64,000 nt of DNA from Camelus ferus (Eukaryota), in the NCBI RefSeq assembly GCF_009834535.1, contig NC_045696.1, positions 41,480,001-41,544,000 of the forward strand, in the 5' to 3' direction. The notes below the pieces were generated by a model that ran no database searches, had not been told where the DNA came from, and saw only the letters and a list, made by a program, of their open reading frames with translations. Position numbers and translations under genes: made by a program. Within the stretch, counting starts at the first letter, position 1. Each line of letters starts with the position of its first letter. Of this stretch, positions 1-12,629 are shown piece by piece.

Positions 1-1432
1 TATATCCATAGGAAAGCAGGAAGGCAGGATTCACTGATTTGGCCTCCACCAGTAGATTAGAAAATCTTCAGGAATATAAAATTCAACACCCCACCACCCC
101 TCCATATTTCAGAATAAAATTGAAGCATTAGGAAAAATGTGTGCCATGCCTGAGGGGAACTGCGTACTCCTGGGCAGAGGGTAGGAGCTAAATCAATTAG
201 CACAATTTAAAAAATTAGGAAAGAGAAAGAATAAAGTATAGTTAGATTTAACAGGGAAGAAAATCACTGAAGTTTAATTTGTAAGTTGTTTAATGCAACT
301 CACTGAACTCTCCCCACAGAGGCAGCCAGATAGAGGAGGGAAATAACAATGTCACATCACTTCCTAGCAAAATATTCAGTGTCTTTAATTATCAGAGATT
401 GAGCACATGGCTTCCAAAGAAGAAGGATATAGTCCTCCTGAGTCCTTTGGGATCAGTATCTCAGAAACCAAAGACCTCAGACCTCAGGGCAATGAGTCAG
501 GAGGAAATAAAAGAAATATTCCACTTTAGAACACACCAGGGTAAGAAATCTACAGAGTTGTAAAATCATTTTCTCCTAAAGAAAAAAAAAGAAAGAAAGA
601 AAAGAAGCATCAGATATCGATCAACTAGCATAGAACTGAGTAGGTAACTAAATCACAGTGAGGTCTAGATTCCATGAACTTGGAAATCAAGTTAAGTATT
701 ATGCTTGAGTATCAAGCATAACAACTAAAACAATGGCAAGCTTTCACCAAAACGCTGGGCTGTCCCAGCCTACTTGATTTTACAGACACACACGCACACG
801 TACACACACAGAAGCTAAGAGCATGACTGGGGTTTATGTGAGCAACGACCTTTGTTGGCATGTGGGTGTGGTAACTCTAGTAATCAGAGACAGTCTCGGC
901 CCCAGTGTGGAGCCGTTCACAAACTTCCACCTGGATTATCAAAATATTTCAATGGAAAAAATCAAATTTTCATCTTTCAGGGGCTGACCACTCCTATCAC
1001 TCTCCCTTCCTTCCCCAGTAGTCTACTTTGGACATTTTACTACTCCTTAGCACCTCCTTCAATGTTCTGAAAAAGATGACTGAAATTCAGATCAACCTAT
1101 TTTGCCTTTTGCTGACAGTTTCAGAAGGCAATGAAATTAAAATACCACAAACTTATTTTTATAGTAGTCATCTGTAGATAATTTTAATCTTCCCCATACT
1201 TATGGTAGTAACATCATTCATTACACCATTTTTTCCATTATACCTACAATCCATCATTTCCTGAATGTGAAATTTTACATAAATGCAAAAGTACTATTGT
1301 TTCCCTAGAGGAAAGCAAGGACTTTTATTGCCACTCTTTACTTGCTTAGACCAGGAAGCTCAGTCAACCTCCAGTTTCCTTCTCTGGGTAAAGCCATGGG
1401 ATCCGTGAACATGGATTAAAAGTAATGTGTAG

Positions 1433-2879
1433 TGGTACTGGCACAAAAACAGACATATAGATCAATGGAACAGAATAGAGAGCCTAGAAATAAATGATCA
1501 ATTAATCTTAAACAAAGGAGGCAAGAATATATAATGGAAAAAAGACAGTCTCTTCAGCAACTGGTGTTGGGAAAACTGGACAGCAGCATGTAAATCAAAG
1601 AAGTTAGAACACTCCCTCACACTATATACAAAAATAAACTCAAAATGGTTTAAAGACTTAAATATAAGACAAGACACTATAAACCTCCTAGAAGAAAACA
1701 TAGGCAAAACATTCTCTGACATAAATCTTAGCAATGTTCTCCTAGGGCAGTCTACTCAGGCAATAGAAATAAAAGCAAAAATTAACAAATGAGACCTAAT
1801 TAAACTTACAAGGTTTTGCCCAGCAAAGGAAACCATAAGCAAAAAAAGACAACCTACGGAATGGGAGAAAATATCTGCCAATGATGTGACTGACAAAGGT
1901 TTAATTTCCAGCATATATAAACAGCTCATACAACTTAATAACAAAAAACAAACAACCCAATCCAAAAATATGCAGAAGATCTAAACAAGCAATTCTCCAA
2001 TGAAAACATACAAACGGCCAATAGGCACATGGAAAAATGCTCAATATCACTAATTATTAGAGAAATGCAGATCAAAACTACCATGAGGTATCACCTCACA
2101 CCAGTCAGAATGGCCATCATTAAAAAAATCCACAAATGATAAATGCTGGAGAGGGTGTGGAGAAAAGGGAACCCTCCTACACTGCTGGTGAGAATGTAGT
2201 GTGGTGCAGCCATTATGAAAAGCAGTATGGAGATTCCTTTAAAATTAAAAATAGACTTACCATAAGATTCAGCAATCCCACTTCTGGGCATATATCCAAA
2301 GGAAACTCAAATTCAAAAAGATACATGCACCCCAATGTTCATAGCAGCACTATATACAATAGCCAAGACATGGAAGCAACCTAAATGTCCATTGACAGAT
2401 GACTGGATTAAGAAACTGTGGTATACAAATACAATGGAATATAAAATATTATATAAAAATATATAAAATAATAAAATAATGACATTTGTAGCAACATGGA
2501 TGGACCTAGAGATCATCATTCTAAGTGAAGTAAGCTAGAATGAGAAAGAAAAATACCGTATGATATCACTTAAATGAGGAATCTAAAAAAAAGAAAAAAG
2601 AAGACACTAATAAATTCATCTACAAAACAGAAACAGACTCGCAGACAGAGTAAACAATCTTATGGTTACCGGGTAAAGGGAGTGGGAAGTGATAAATTTG
2701 GGAGTTTGAGACTTGCAAATGATAACAACTATATATAAAAATAGATCTTAAAAAACAAGTTTCTTCAGTATAGCACAGGGAACTATATTCAATATCTTGC
2801 AATAACCTTTAATGAAAAAGAATATGAAAATGAATGTATGTATATATATGCAAGACTGGGACATTGTGCTGTGCACCAG
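1433..2879 (+). mobile_element. LINE-1 fragment (ORF2 C-terminal region + 3'UTR), lacking 3' terminus and tail
   Basis: Starts at the L1 ORF2 motif tggtactggcacaaaaacagacat (WYWHKNRH). Collinear with the L1 at ~27780-29215 but stops ~40 nt before that copy's end. Confidence 0.95.
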
Positions 2880-2955
2880 GTTCTAGTCCTGTATTGACTG
2901 CTCTTCATGTCCCTGCAGGAGCTGCGTAACCTCTCTGAGCCTCATGTTTCTCTGA
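2880..2955 (+). mobile_element. MIR fragment
   Basis: taacctctctgagcctcatgtttc resembles the MIR core. Confidence 0.6.
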
Positions 2956-3439
2956 GTCTTCATTTGGACTCTAGTGAAAGGTTCCTTCCAGCTATGACCT
3001 TCTTTGAGTTCTTCCTTCTTCCAGTGCTATGCTTTTACTAACCAAAACTTGGAAAAGTTCGAGATTCATTTTTTGGAGCCTTAATGGCTATTGCAGCCTC
3101 TGCCAAGTTGGGAATCACCCACAGCTGTTACTCCAGCTTTGGACCTCTAGGGAGACAGCAAGTCAGGAGTGTGTTTGAATAAACAGGGCTCACCCTTGGT
3201 TAAGCAGCCAAATAGGTGCAATCTTTGTCTTACACTCCTCCCACTTCCCTTACAGAATGCCCTGCATGCCAGGCTCCTGTATCACATGGGGCCCAGCCCT
3301 CAGCAGTCAACAGAACCGCAGGAAGAGGATGGCTGAAACGCCTAAAATAGGATTCCTTCCAGAAAATGTCGCAATAGGATAGTCTTAGAGAATGAAAAAG
3401 ACCTTGAAGCGTGCCCTGCATCTGCCTCTCTCTCAGTTT

Positions 3440-4213
3440 TCCCATCTCTTCCAATCTTCCAGTTGCTCAGGCCCAATTCTTAAGTGCCATTCTTGACTCC
3501 TCTTTCTTTCATACCTTTCGTTTAGTCCATTAGCAAACCCTGTCAGCTCTACCTTTGAACTATATCCAAAATCCGGCTATTCTTCATCACCTTCATGATT
3601 ATTACTCTAGTTTAAGCTTTTACATTTGAGAGGTAGCAGACAGAGGGAAGCGACAGAATAAGCAAAGAGAAACAGGCTGGATTTAATGTGGTAGTCAGTA
3701 GCTGGTAGAATGTTGTTTTCTAAATAAGCGTCATATGAAGGTACATTTTATCAACATAACTAGTACTGAGGGGAACATACTTCTCATCTAGCTTTGTTAA
3801 CAGCCTCCTGATCGGTCTCCCTGCTTCTGCCCATGCCCCCTACCAACAGTTTATTTTCCTGTAGCAGCCAGAGCAATCCTGTTTAAGGGTAAATAAGATC
3901 ATGCTCAAAACTCCCCATGACTTCTCATGTCTCTAGGACACAAAGGAAAATCTCAGAGTGGTGTGCTGGCCCCCACCCTGCCCTCACTCGCACTGCCCCT
4001 TCCTTGCTGTGCTCCCCCTGCACCCGCTCCCTCGCCATTTCTGAGATACACTAAGCACACTGCTTAGCACCTTCATGCTTGCTGTCACCTATGCTTGGAA
4101 ACCCATTCCCCCAGGGACCCACGAATCTTGCTCCCTCAATATATTCAGGCCTCTGTTCAAATCTCTTTTAGAGGCTTTTGCAGACCACATTGTATAAAAG
4201 ACCACACACCTCC

Positions 4214-4259
<46 letters not shown>

Positions 4260-4470
4260 AACCCCTTATTCTTTTCTAAGTGTTATTGCATTTATCACTA
4301 CCTGATGTCATATATATTAGTTTATTATCACTTCCTCCCCTTCCTCCTCTACTTTCAGCAGGGCAGAACTGTGTCTTGTTTACTGTTGGACTGGTGCTGC
4401 AGGCATGTTGCCTGACATATCCTGAGCACTCAACCACTTATGAGATGACTGAGCTGCGGGATGGATGAAT
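3440..4470 (+). mobile_element. LINE-2 3' region, degraded
   Basis: L2-typical motifs ttccagttgctcaggccc, ttcttgactcctct, cagcagccagag and cagggcagaactgtgtcttgtt. Confidence 0.8.
4215..4256. repeat. (AC)n microsatellite, ~21 units
   Basis: Seen directly. Confidence 0.97.
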
Positions 4471-4672
4471 CACTCTATCAACATGCAGGAGGATGCACGT
4501 TGGTCCTTCTTCCAGCTACTCTTTAGAAGACATCTACTACCATATTTCAGGAAGGTCATGACCGAACGGCATCCAGTCCTGGTAGGATGGGCTTTGCTTC
4601 ATTCTCCTCTTACAACGTAGTAGTATATTGCTAGCAATCTTCTACATATGAGAGTTCTTCTTTTTTCCTTGC

Positions 4673-4779
4673 TTAATTATCAGTTTTGTCCAAATGCACA
4701 AAGGCACTTTGATGTGTACTATGGTCATATAATCTTTCACTTGGTCTAAGTCTATCAAAATCATCTCTTAAAATAAGCT
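4673..4779 (-). other. Candidate exon start of an unidentified gene (3' end undefined)
   Basis: Strong acceptor cctcttcttcctag in unique sequence. One frame is open (ELILRDDFDRLRPSERLYDH...*). No homolog recognised. Confidence 0.25.
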
Positions 4780-5399
4780 CTAGGAAGAAGAGGTTTTTAT
4801 GTGTCAAAATTCTGATTTCAATTATCTGGGGCCCTGGATCCCAGCTCAAAGACAACTGAGCAATGTATACAGAAATAAATAAAATTGAAAAGAACTAGAA
4901 TTCATTAAGTCTCTACTAGGAGCAATCACCATGCTAAGAGCTTGAAAAATTTTATCTCAATAAATCTATGGTATCTCATACATGATCACATGAAGGGGAT
5001 AGGGTCCATTACATAAATAAAGAAACAGAAGCCTGGGGCAGTTAAAAAAATAAGCCAACATTTAAGTGGAAGAACTGAGAATCTGAGGCTGATCGAAATC
5101 CAATCTCCATTCTCTTTCAATACCAAAGGCAAGACAGTCACACCATCATGGGAAAAATTTCTCTCCTCCTCATTCACCAGCCTACAACTAATGTGCTTTG
5201 ACTAAGGATTACTTGAGGGGTCATTCTAGAAGGTGTTCCAATGAAGTCTTCCCAGGCACAAACTCTACAACCTCTAAAAGTAAGCTTATCTAACAGGCAT
5301 AGGGATTTGATCACTTTCCAAGCTTCAGAAAACACTCAGACACAGAATGAAGTCATATCTACATATTTAATTCCAAATAGGTTTTTAAAACATTTAAAA

Positions 5400-6490
5400 C
5401 TGTTATCCCAGTTAGTCCTGGGGAGGCAGCAGTGAACAGCAAGCACTGTCCTGCTCCTGTGAAACTTACTGTCTAGTGGGACAAGCAAACAGTCATGCAG
5501 CTGAGTGTTTAATTATTTTTTGGCGAAATGCTATCAGCAAGTACGGAGTTGGGTATTACAGATAACCTCTCCTAAGGTGGTCATGGAGGCTTCCCTGAGA
5601 AAGTGATATTTGAGCTGAGAGCCAAAGAATGAAGAGGCATCTCTTGGGTGGGGGGATTGGGAAGTGGTGGCTGGGATCAGTTAAAACAGTTATGAAACAG
5701 GAAACAGCTTAACACATTTGAGGAATTAAAGGGGCAGCACTGTGGCTGGAGGCTGGATCAGAGAAGAGTGAGAAAAGATGACTGCAAGAAGATGTGGCTT
5801 CCAAGACAGGAAGAGACCAGGTCCTGTAGTGCTTGGGAAGGATTATGGATGGACCCCCAACAGCAATGGGGAACTAAGAAATGCTTTAAGTGGAAGTGAT
5901 ACATTCTGATTTGCATTTTGAGAAGATCACTCCAGATACTGTATGGAGAACAACTTAGTGGGTGGAGGCTAGTCAAATATGGATGAGGGAGTTGAGGGAG
6001 TGGGTGCTGACATATATAAGGAGGCCAGTGAGGATGCAAAGACCAGGAAAAACCAAGAGTAGTAATGAATTTGTGGAAATGCCAATGTATTTGAGATGTA
6101 TTTATAAGGCAGAATCAATAGAACTTAGGGATAGATTGGATGTAAGGGATAAGGGAGAGGGAGATGCCAAAAATGACTCCCAGGTTTTGGGGAGGTGCTG
6201 CTGGGTGGATGGTGAAACTGTACTGCGGGGAAGGAAACACAGCAGGAATATGTTTGCAAGAGGTGGGGGGGAAAGAGAATGAATCCAGCATTAGACTCGG
6301 GCTCTGAATTGTCCATAGGGTTTTCAGTGGGATGTTGAGCGAGTAGTTGGCTATTTGAGGTCTAGAGCGCAAATGAGCTCCCTGAATTTGAGGTGTAAAT
6401 GTGAAAATAGATGTGATCACTTAGTGCAAGAATGTAGAGTGTTAAGAGGTTGGAGTCGTGACAAACTAAAACATTTAAAGGTCAGGTAGA
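5400..6490 (-). mobile_element. LINE-2, degraded
   Basis: Antisense L2 motifs ggaggcttccctgagaaagtgatatttgagctgag and aatgactcccaggtttt. Confidence 0.85.
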
Positions 6491-7036
6491 AAAGGACTGG
6501 ATGAGCAAGGGAACATAGAATTTCCATCACATGCTGCCCTCATATTATGGCTCCCCTTGAAAGTGCCAGTTAGGCTGTTTACACAGCACCACTAAAGTAG
6601 GGCGTATCCAGAAAGTTAGTGTAGACAATGTTTCAACACTTCTCTGATAGCAGAGAGTCAAGGCAGGTCTTTGCGACTTGGCCAAAAACAAAAATTGTTT
6701 ATGTACCCACCCACAATTACATAAGGCATTGAGTTTGTTTTGATCTGTATCCCTTCCAAAAAACACATTTTTACTTTTTAATCTTTCAGGTCCAATTTTT
6801 GCTATCTATTCCTACACTAACTTAGACTACTAGAGGTCTGGCTAATTGGTATAATTTGGCAAAGCTATTCAACCTCTTTAACTGTAGTTTACTTTAAATA
6901 AAACATTACAGTTACTTTCCCTAATCTCATTCTCCTCCGTGTCTTGCCAGAAGGAACACCTATTCAGAATTTAGTGCTTTTTTAAATTTCTTGAATTGGG
7001 CAAATTGGAATTGGCAAAACTAATTTTCCTCTACAT

Positions 7037-7236
7037 CAGGGTTTCTTATCCTGATATTTGGGGCTGGATAATTCTTTGTTAGGGGAGACAGTCCTGTGCC
7101 TTGTAGATTGTTTGGCAGCAGTCCTGATCGCTCTCTATGAGATGCCAGTAGCACCCGCCAAATGTCACCAGATATTGTCAAGTGTGCCTTAGGGGACAAA
7201 ATTGTTCCCCTCATAGCCCTCCCTTGAGAGTCACTG
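7037..7236 (+). mobile_element. MER20-like hAT-Charlie MITE
   Basis: tttggggctggataattctttgtt...agatgccagtagcacc...ttgagagtcactg matches the recalled MER20 consensus. Confidence 0.85.
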
Positions 7237-7250
7237 CTCTGCCTTGTAGT

Positions 7251-7404
7251 CTAGGGCTTCTCAAACTTACATGTGCACAGGAATCCCTCAGGATGTTGTT
7301 AGAATGCAGATGCCGATTCAGGTGGAGCCTGAGATTCTGCATTTCTAACAAGCGCCCAGGCGATGATGTTGTTGGTCAGCGTACCACACTTTGAGCAGCA
7401 AGGC
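7251..7404 (+). mobile_element. MER5A-like hAT-Charlie MITE
   Basis: cttctcaaactt...gcctgagattctgcatttctaacaagc...accacactttgag. Confidence 0.85.
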
Positions 7405-7689
7405 TGTAGACAGTTCCCCATTCAGATCAACTGGATGAATTCTCAAGAGGATCCAATGCCAGCAATTATGGGAATAGAGAATTTACAGTGAACTATAGCC
7501 CAAACCGCGTAAGACAAATAGAAACTAAGAAAACAAGCATTATTCCATCATCCTAACAAATAGAGCCTGTCTTCACATTTCCATGTTTCTTTCCAGTCCC
7601 CACTATTTATTTACAATCGGGCAAGAATGCAGTGTTTATATTCCTTGCATATCTTAACACATTTACCAAATATATTTTAAAAAATTTAC

Positions 7690-8270
7690 TTTTTTGCATA
7701 TTTTAATTTAAAAATGGTATCACACTGTATTATCCTACCCTATGTTTTTTATATATACTCATGTTGATACTGACAACGCTGGTTGATACATCTCAACTGC
7801 TGTATGCTATTCCACTAAATGATTTTGCCACCATTTTTTCTCTTCTCCTATTGAATATTCAGGATGTTTCCATGTTTTTGCCACTGCACACAGAAGCAAT
7901 AATTATTTCCAAACATCTTCTTTCATGTGTACATGTGCCACCGTTTCTCTGGAATATGGACCAAGAAGTGTCAATTACTGGCCAAAGGACATACACATCT
8001 TTGAGTTCACAGGTTACTGCTAAGTTACCCTCCAAAGGGCCACCAGAAGTGTTTGGATTCCCATTTCCCCATATTAGAACCAGTACCTGATGTGTCATGT
8101 TTTTCATTTCTGTTCCTCTGATGGGTATGAAATGGTTCCACTGCAAGGCTGAGCATCTTATCATAGTTTTTCCTGTATTGCTAGATTTTTTAAAATATGC
8201 ATCTTTATCTCCTTAGTAGTTTCTCTTACTTTCAATCATATACATATACCATCTTAAAGATTCTGACATG
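7690..8270 (-). mobile_element. Old LINE-1 (L1M-type) 3' fragment
   Basis: Degenerate antisense L1 3' motifs, e.g. ctgatgggtatgaaatggt and gctgagcatctt. Confidence 0.6.
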
Positions 8271-8394
8271 CTATAAGGAGGGGCAGGGCACATTCGATGA
8301 GAATATGGGTTTTGAACTTCAATCCAGGTTTCCAGTTGACTCCGATATGCTTCTCCAGCCTGCTTTGATTTAGAATAATGCAGAAACCTTTCCT

Positions 8395-9720
8395 CTTTTT
8401 GTTTAATTGTGAGCACCTGGTGCCTACCATAGACTCTGCTAGGACTGGTTAAACAGAGAGAGAAGGCAGAGATCCTGCTCTCAATGAGAACCTTGTCCAG
8501 AGGTGATGGAGAAGGATCCAATAAATAAACCATAAAATTTAAATAGCACAGAACTGCTGGGATGGGATGAGCATAGGATGCTGAGGGGCAACACAGGAAA
8601 AAACAACCAGACCAGAGAAGAAAGAGGATTTTGGAATAAGATCGTATCTGAACTAGGGTTTGAAGGCTGAGTGAAAATGCACTACATTGTTGAGAAAAGC
8701 ATCTTTGACTTTGTAAAAGGACAAATAGGGACTACGGCAGTTCAAATTCAAAGAATAGAAGGTGTTTTGAAATGCCAAGAGATAGACATAAGGAGGGACT
8801 GGCAAAAAAAAAAAAAAAAGAAAGAAAGAAAGAAAGAAAAAGACTAAAAGAAAGTCTAGATGCAGATCACAAAGGACCTTGTGTCATGCTAAGGATTTTG
8901 GATTTGACCCTGCATGTGGTGGGAAGCCTTTGAAGAATATTTAGCAGGAAAATAATAGGATAGGCTTTTTCCCTCAGTGAGATCCCCCTGAGTCTTATGT
9001 GATAGAAGTAAGGGGTGGGCAACAACGATGGCGAGGAGGACAGTTAGTTTTTTGCAGGTTGCTGATCCAGACTGGAAAGGATGGTTCTTCAACCTAACAG
9101 CAGTAGGGATAGTGAGGAGAGAAATGACAGAGGTAAAAGAATGTTCAACAGAACATGAGGGATAAATCAAAGATGAACCTTGGGTTTGTGATTTGAGGAG
9201 CCTAAGCATTATGGTGCCAAACAAAGTAAGGAATATAAGAGGAAGAGACTGGGGGCCCAGGGTGAGGTTGGGGAGAAACAATGATAACTTCAGTTTTATG
9301 TTTATTGATTGAGTTTAAGGCTCACATGGAACAACCAGGTAGAGGTGTTCAATAGGCTGGAATCCAGGAGGCAGACCTTAGCTTGAGATTTATGTTTAGA
9401 AATGATCAACTTCCAAACAGAAAGTGAAATCATGGCAGTGAATTAAATCGCTCAGAAGGAGTATGGAGGTAATAAGAGTAGAAAGGATGGACAGAGCCCC
9501 AGGAAGCAGGATGTAGAGGATCAGCAAACTAAGAGAAGCAAAAAGGAGACTGAGAAAGATTGGCCAGAAGAACAGGAGAAATAGCAGGAGGATATGGTGT
9601 CACCAAAGGAGCCAGAAGTTTCAAATAGGAAAGATTGATTAGTGTCAAACGTCAAGAGACCATTTAGAGAAGATCTCTGAAAAGCACTGGGTGGATTTAG
9701 ATAAAATGTGATCTTGGAAA
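8395..9720 (-). mobile_element. LINE-2, degraded
   Basis: ttgtgagcacctggtgcc, gtcatgctaaggattttggattt and ggtgtcaccaaaggagccag. Confidence 0.8.
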
Positions 9721-11180
9721 GATCTCTGAAGCCATCAGCATATGGGCGATCTCTAATTCTATATAATATGGATATTTTAAGTGTATTTCTGCCACCAAAA
9801 AAATGGCTAATTGTTTCTTTCAACTAAAGCAACTCCAATTACCCCTCTAGGCTCCACTTTGTTGAGCTGAAAGAAGAATAAGTTCATTAGATGACAGATC
9901 AGGTCCTCTTCAGCTCTCACAAAGATAATTGCCTCAATACCATATAATTATTTACACAATGTATCCTTGAGACTAACAGTAAGTTACATTTTGGGGACCT
10001 CCTCTGGCTTCATTGATATCATCCTCTTTCACTCCTAAGTCCCCTCCTTGGATTTCCACTAACTCCACTCTATCCTGTGCTGATTCATCCTGACTCTTTC
10101 TGGAAGCAGCTCACACTAACTTGAACTTCTCCTTTCCCTCTCCTCAAATTCCACTTGATAAAACTATGGGTCAGAGGTATCCACACATCTTCTGTCTTTA
10201 GCCTCTACCTTTAAATAAAGAGAACACACTCTGCACACCACTGAACAGGCAATTTATCCTGAGGTAGGCTTCTTGAGGACAGGAATTGTGCACTTACTAA
10301 TCTTCTCTGGAAGCCAGGTCTTAGATGATACCCAGCAAACAATAATCATTCAAAATATTTATTTTGAGTAAATGAAGGAACTGTGACTTTGTAATCCTCC
10401 CTGGGACCTTGGCCAGCATAGATATAAGACTTGCAACTTCCTTACAACAAGAGATTGCAATACTGCCAGTCCTCCACTAGTGGTCTCACCTCCAGTACCT
10501 GGCGGCACAGCTTCTCCTGAAGATAAGCACCAGCGGGTTAACACCATCAGCTACTGCCCAGCTACTGCCTTGTTTCAAAGTTCACCAAGTCCAGGTAGGG
10601 GATGGAGTCTATTCCATTAAAGATACACTCAGTAGACTTTACAACATCATCTTGTCCCAGCATAACATAGGGTTCACTGAATTTGGGACCATCTGTTGCT
10701 TACCTTAGCCCTGTTTTCACCCCTATCCTGTGAGTGAGACTGGAATTCTGTTACCCTCGAGACAATGACACTCCAACTCCCAGGGCTCTTCAGAACACTT
10801 CTCAGGTTCCCCAACTTACTCTGCAAGCATGTTACACTAAACATTCACATACAGTGAAAAAGGATTTCCAACAATAACCATGATCTGTGTTTGTGGGGCC
10901 TTGTTTTTGCAAAAGCAAAACATTTTATGAATCTAACTTAATTTTCTTATTTAGCATTTGTATGAACTTGAAAATAAATAAGCTCAAGTATGGCTGTTCA
11001 TTTTAGTACCAGCTAACGTCACACTGAATCATGAGGTTGAAATGCTGTTTTGCACTCTTCGATGTGTGGAATTTGGAGAACAAGTATCACTTCTACCTGT
11101 CCGATTTTGATGTCACCTCTACCAAAATTTCTTTTATTTTACACTATTTTTCTTCACCAAAGTTCAAGTCATTCTCTTAC

Positions 11181-11266
11181 TTTTTTCTCTCTAGACAGTC
11201 GTTAAACTTAACTTTTCCAACAAAGCAAATCTGGCACTTCATTTCTTTATAGTTTTTTGCCAAGAT
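11181..11266 (-). other. Candidate 86-nt exon, gene unidentified
   Basis: Acceptor tttgtgattttag and donor gtaaga. Only one frame is open: ILAKNYKEMKCQICFVGKVKFNDCLERK. Confidence 0.3.
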
Positions 11267-12029
11267 CTAAAATCACAAATTTTCTCTGTATACGTTTCCA
11301 AATATTTAAAGATATATTTTTTCTGACGTTTTAAAGTAATATTTATACCACTGAACTGAGCTCAAGTAAATAGACCATTACTGGTATAGTCACTATACTA
11401 TGATGTTCTTAGAATGTACCACGCAGAGGCCTTTATCTCAATGACACTCTCCAAGGGAAATGAAATCAAACATTTACTGCCAATATAAACAAGTAAAGGT
11501 CCTGTTTTCTTTACTAGATCAAGGTCAAGCCGTTGGGCCCAACTGAGTTAGGCGTCAGGGAACACATGTGGGTCAAGTTTGGCCTCCCTCGAAGTTTATA
11601 TTGAACTGAATTCAAATATCTGAAACTGCTTTTGAAATAAAAAAGTGCAACTCCCTGCTTTTAAATAAGAAAGTCAAGTTAAAGACCGGATCATAAGGTT
11701 TCTTGGCTATGTCAATGCTCTTCCAAAAGAACCTTGAAACTCTGAGCAATATTTCCTTAGTCAAACGAGGTTGGACCAACACTACTGGAACCCTGGGGAA
11801 ATTTTTTTTAGTGTCAGTGTAATCCACCCTCAGGACTCATGGGTAATGTTTGTGGCTCTCCTTGCAATAAAGCAAGAATAAAGGAAGGGGAGAGACACAG
11901 GAGTTCACAGAAGAGATGGCACAATTGAAGGGAAAGCGGGAAATGAACTTATTGAATTCTTACAATGTAGCCAACATTGTGCAAGGTCTTTAACTCCTAA
12001 AACAACTCTGTGTTTAAATATCACTATTC

Positions 12030-12435
12030 CCTTTTTTTGTTTTGTTTTTTAAATTGAAGTAAAGTCTGCTTAAAATGTTGTGTTAATTTCTGGTGTACAG
12101 CATAGTGATTCAGTACATATCCCTTTCATATTCTTTTTAATTACAGGCTATTACAAGGTATTGAATATAGTTCCCTATGCTATACAATAGGACCTTTCTG
12201 TTTATCTATTTTATATATAGTAGTTAATATCTGCAAATCCCAAACTCTCAGTTTATCCCTCCACACCACCCCTTTTTGTCCCCAGTAACCACAAGTTTAT
12301 CTTCTATGTCTGTGAGTCTGCCTCTGCTTTGTAAATAAATTCATTTGTCCCATTATTTTAGATTCCACATATAAGTGGATATCATATGGTATTTAGTCCT
12401 ACTAAGTGAAGTAACCCAGAGAGAAGGAAAAATAC
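12030..12435 (-). mobile_element. Short LINE-1 3' end with inverted 5' piece, inserted into a MIR
   Basis: T-tract at left, antisense L1 3'UTR, then a + oriented L1 piece at ~12402-12435. TSD cactattc at 12022-12029 and 12436-12443. MIR-like sequence on both sides. Confidence 0.85.
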
Positions 12436-12629
12436 CACTATTCTTTTATTACAGAGAATGAAACAAGATCAAAGAACTTAAGTCACTTGCCCCAAAATGC
12501 ATAGCTCATAAGAGGTAAAACCAGGCTTGGAACCCAGGTATACCGAGTACAGAGTCCAACCTTATCCTAATATCCTGGGGAGCAAGGAGACCAGGGAGCT
12601 AGATCATAGAATTTCATAAAGACATCTGC

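Noticed and set aside
699..721. Perfect 10-bp hairpin ttatgcttga-gta-tcaagcataa
   Set aside because: Too short for a miRNA or MITE, and plausible by chance in AT-rich DNA.
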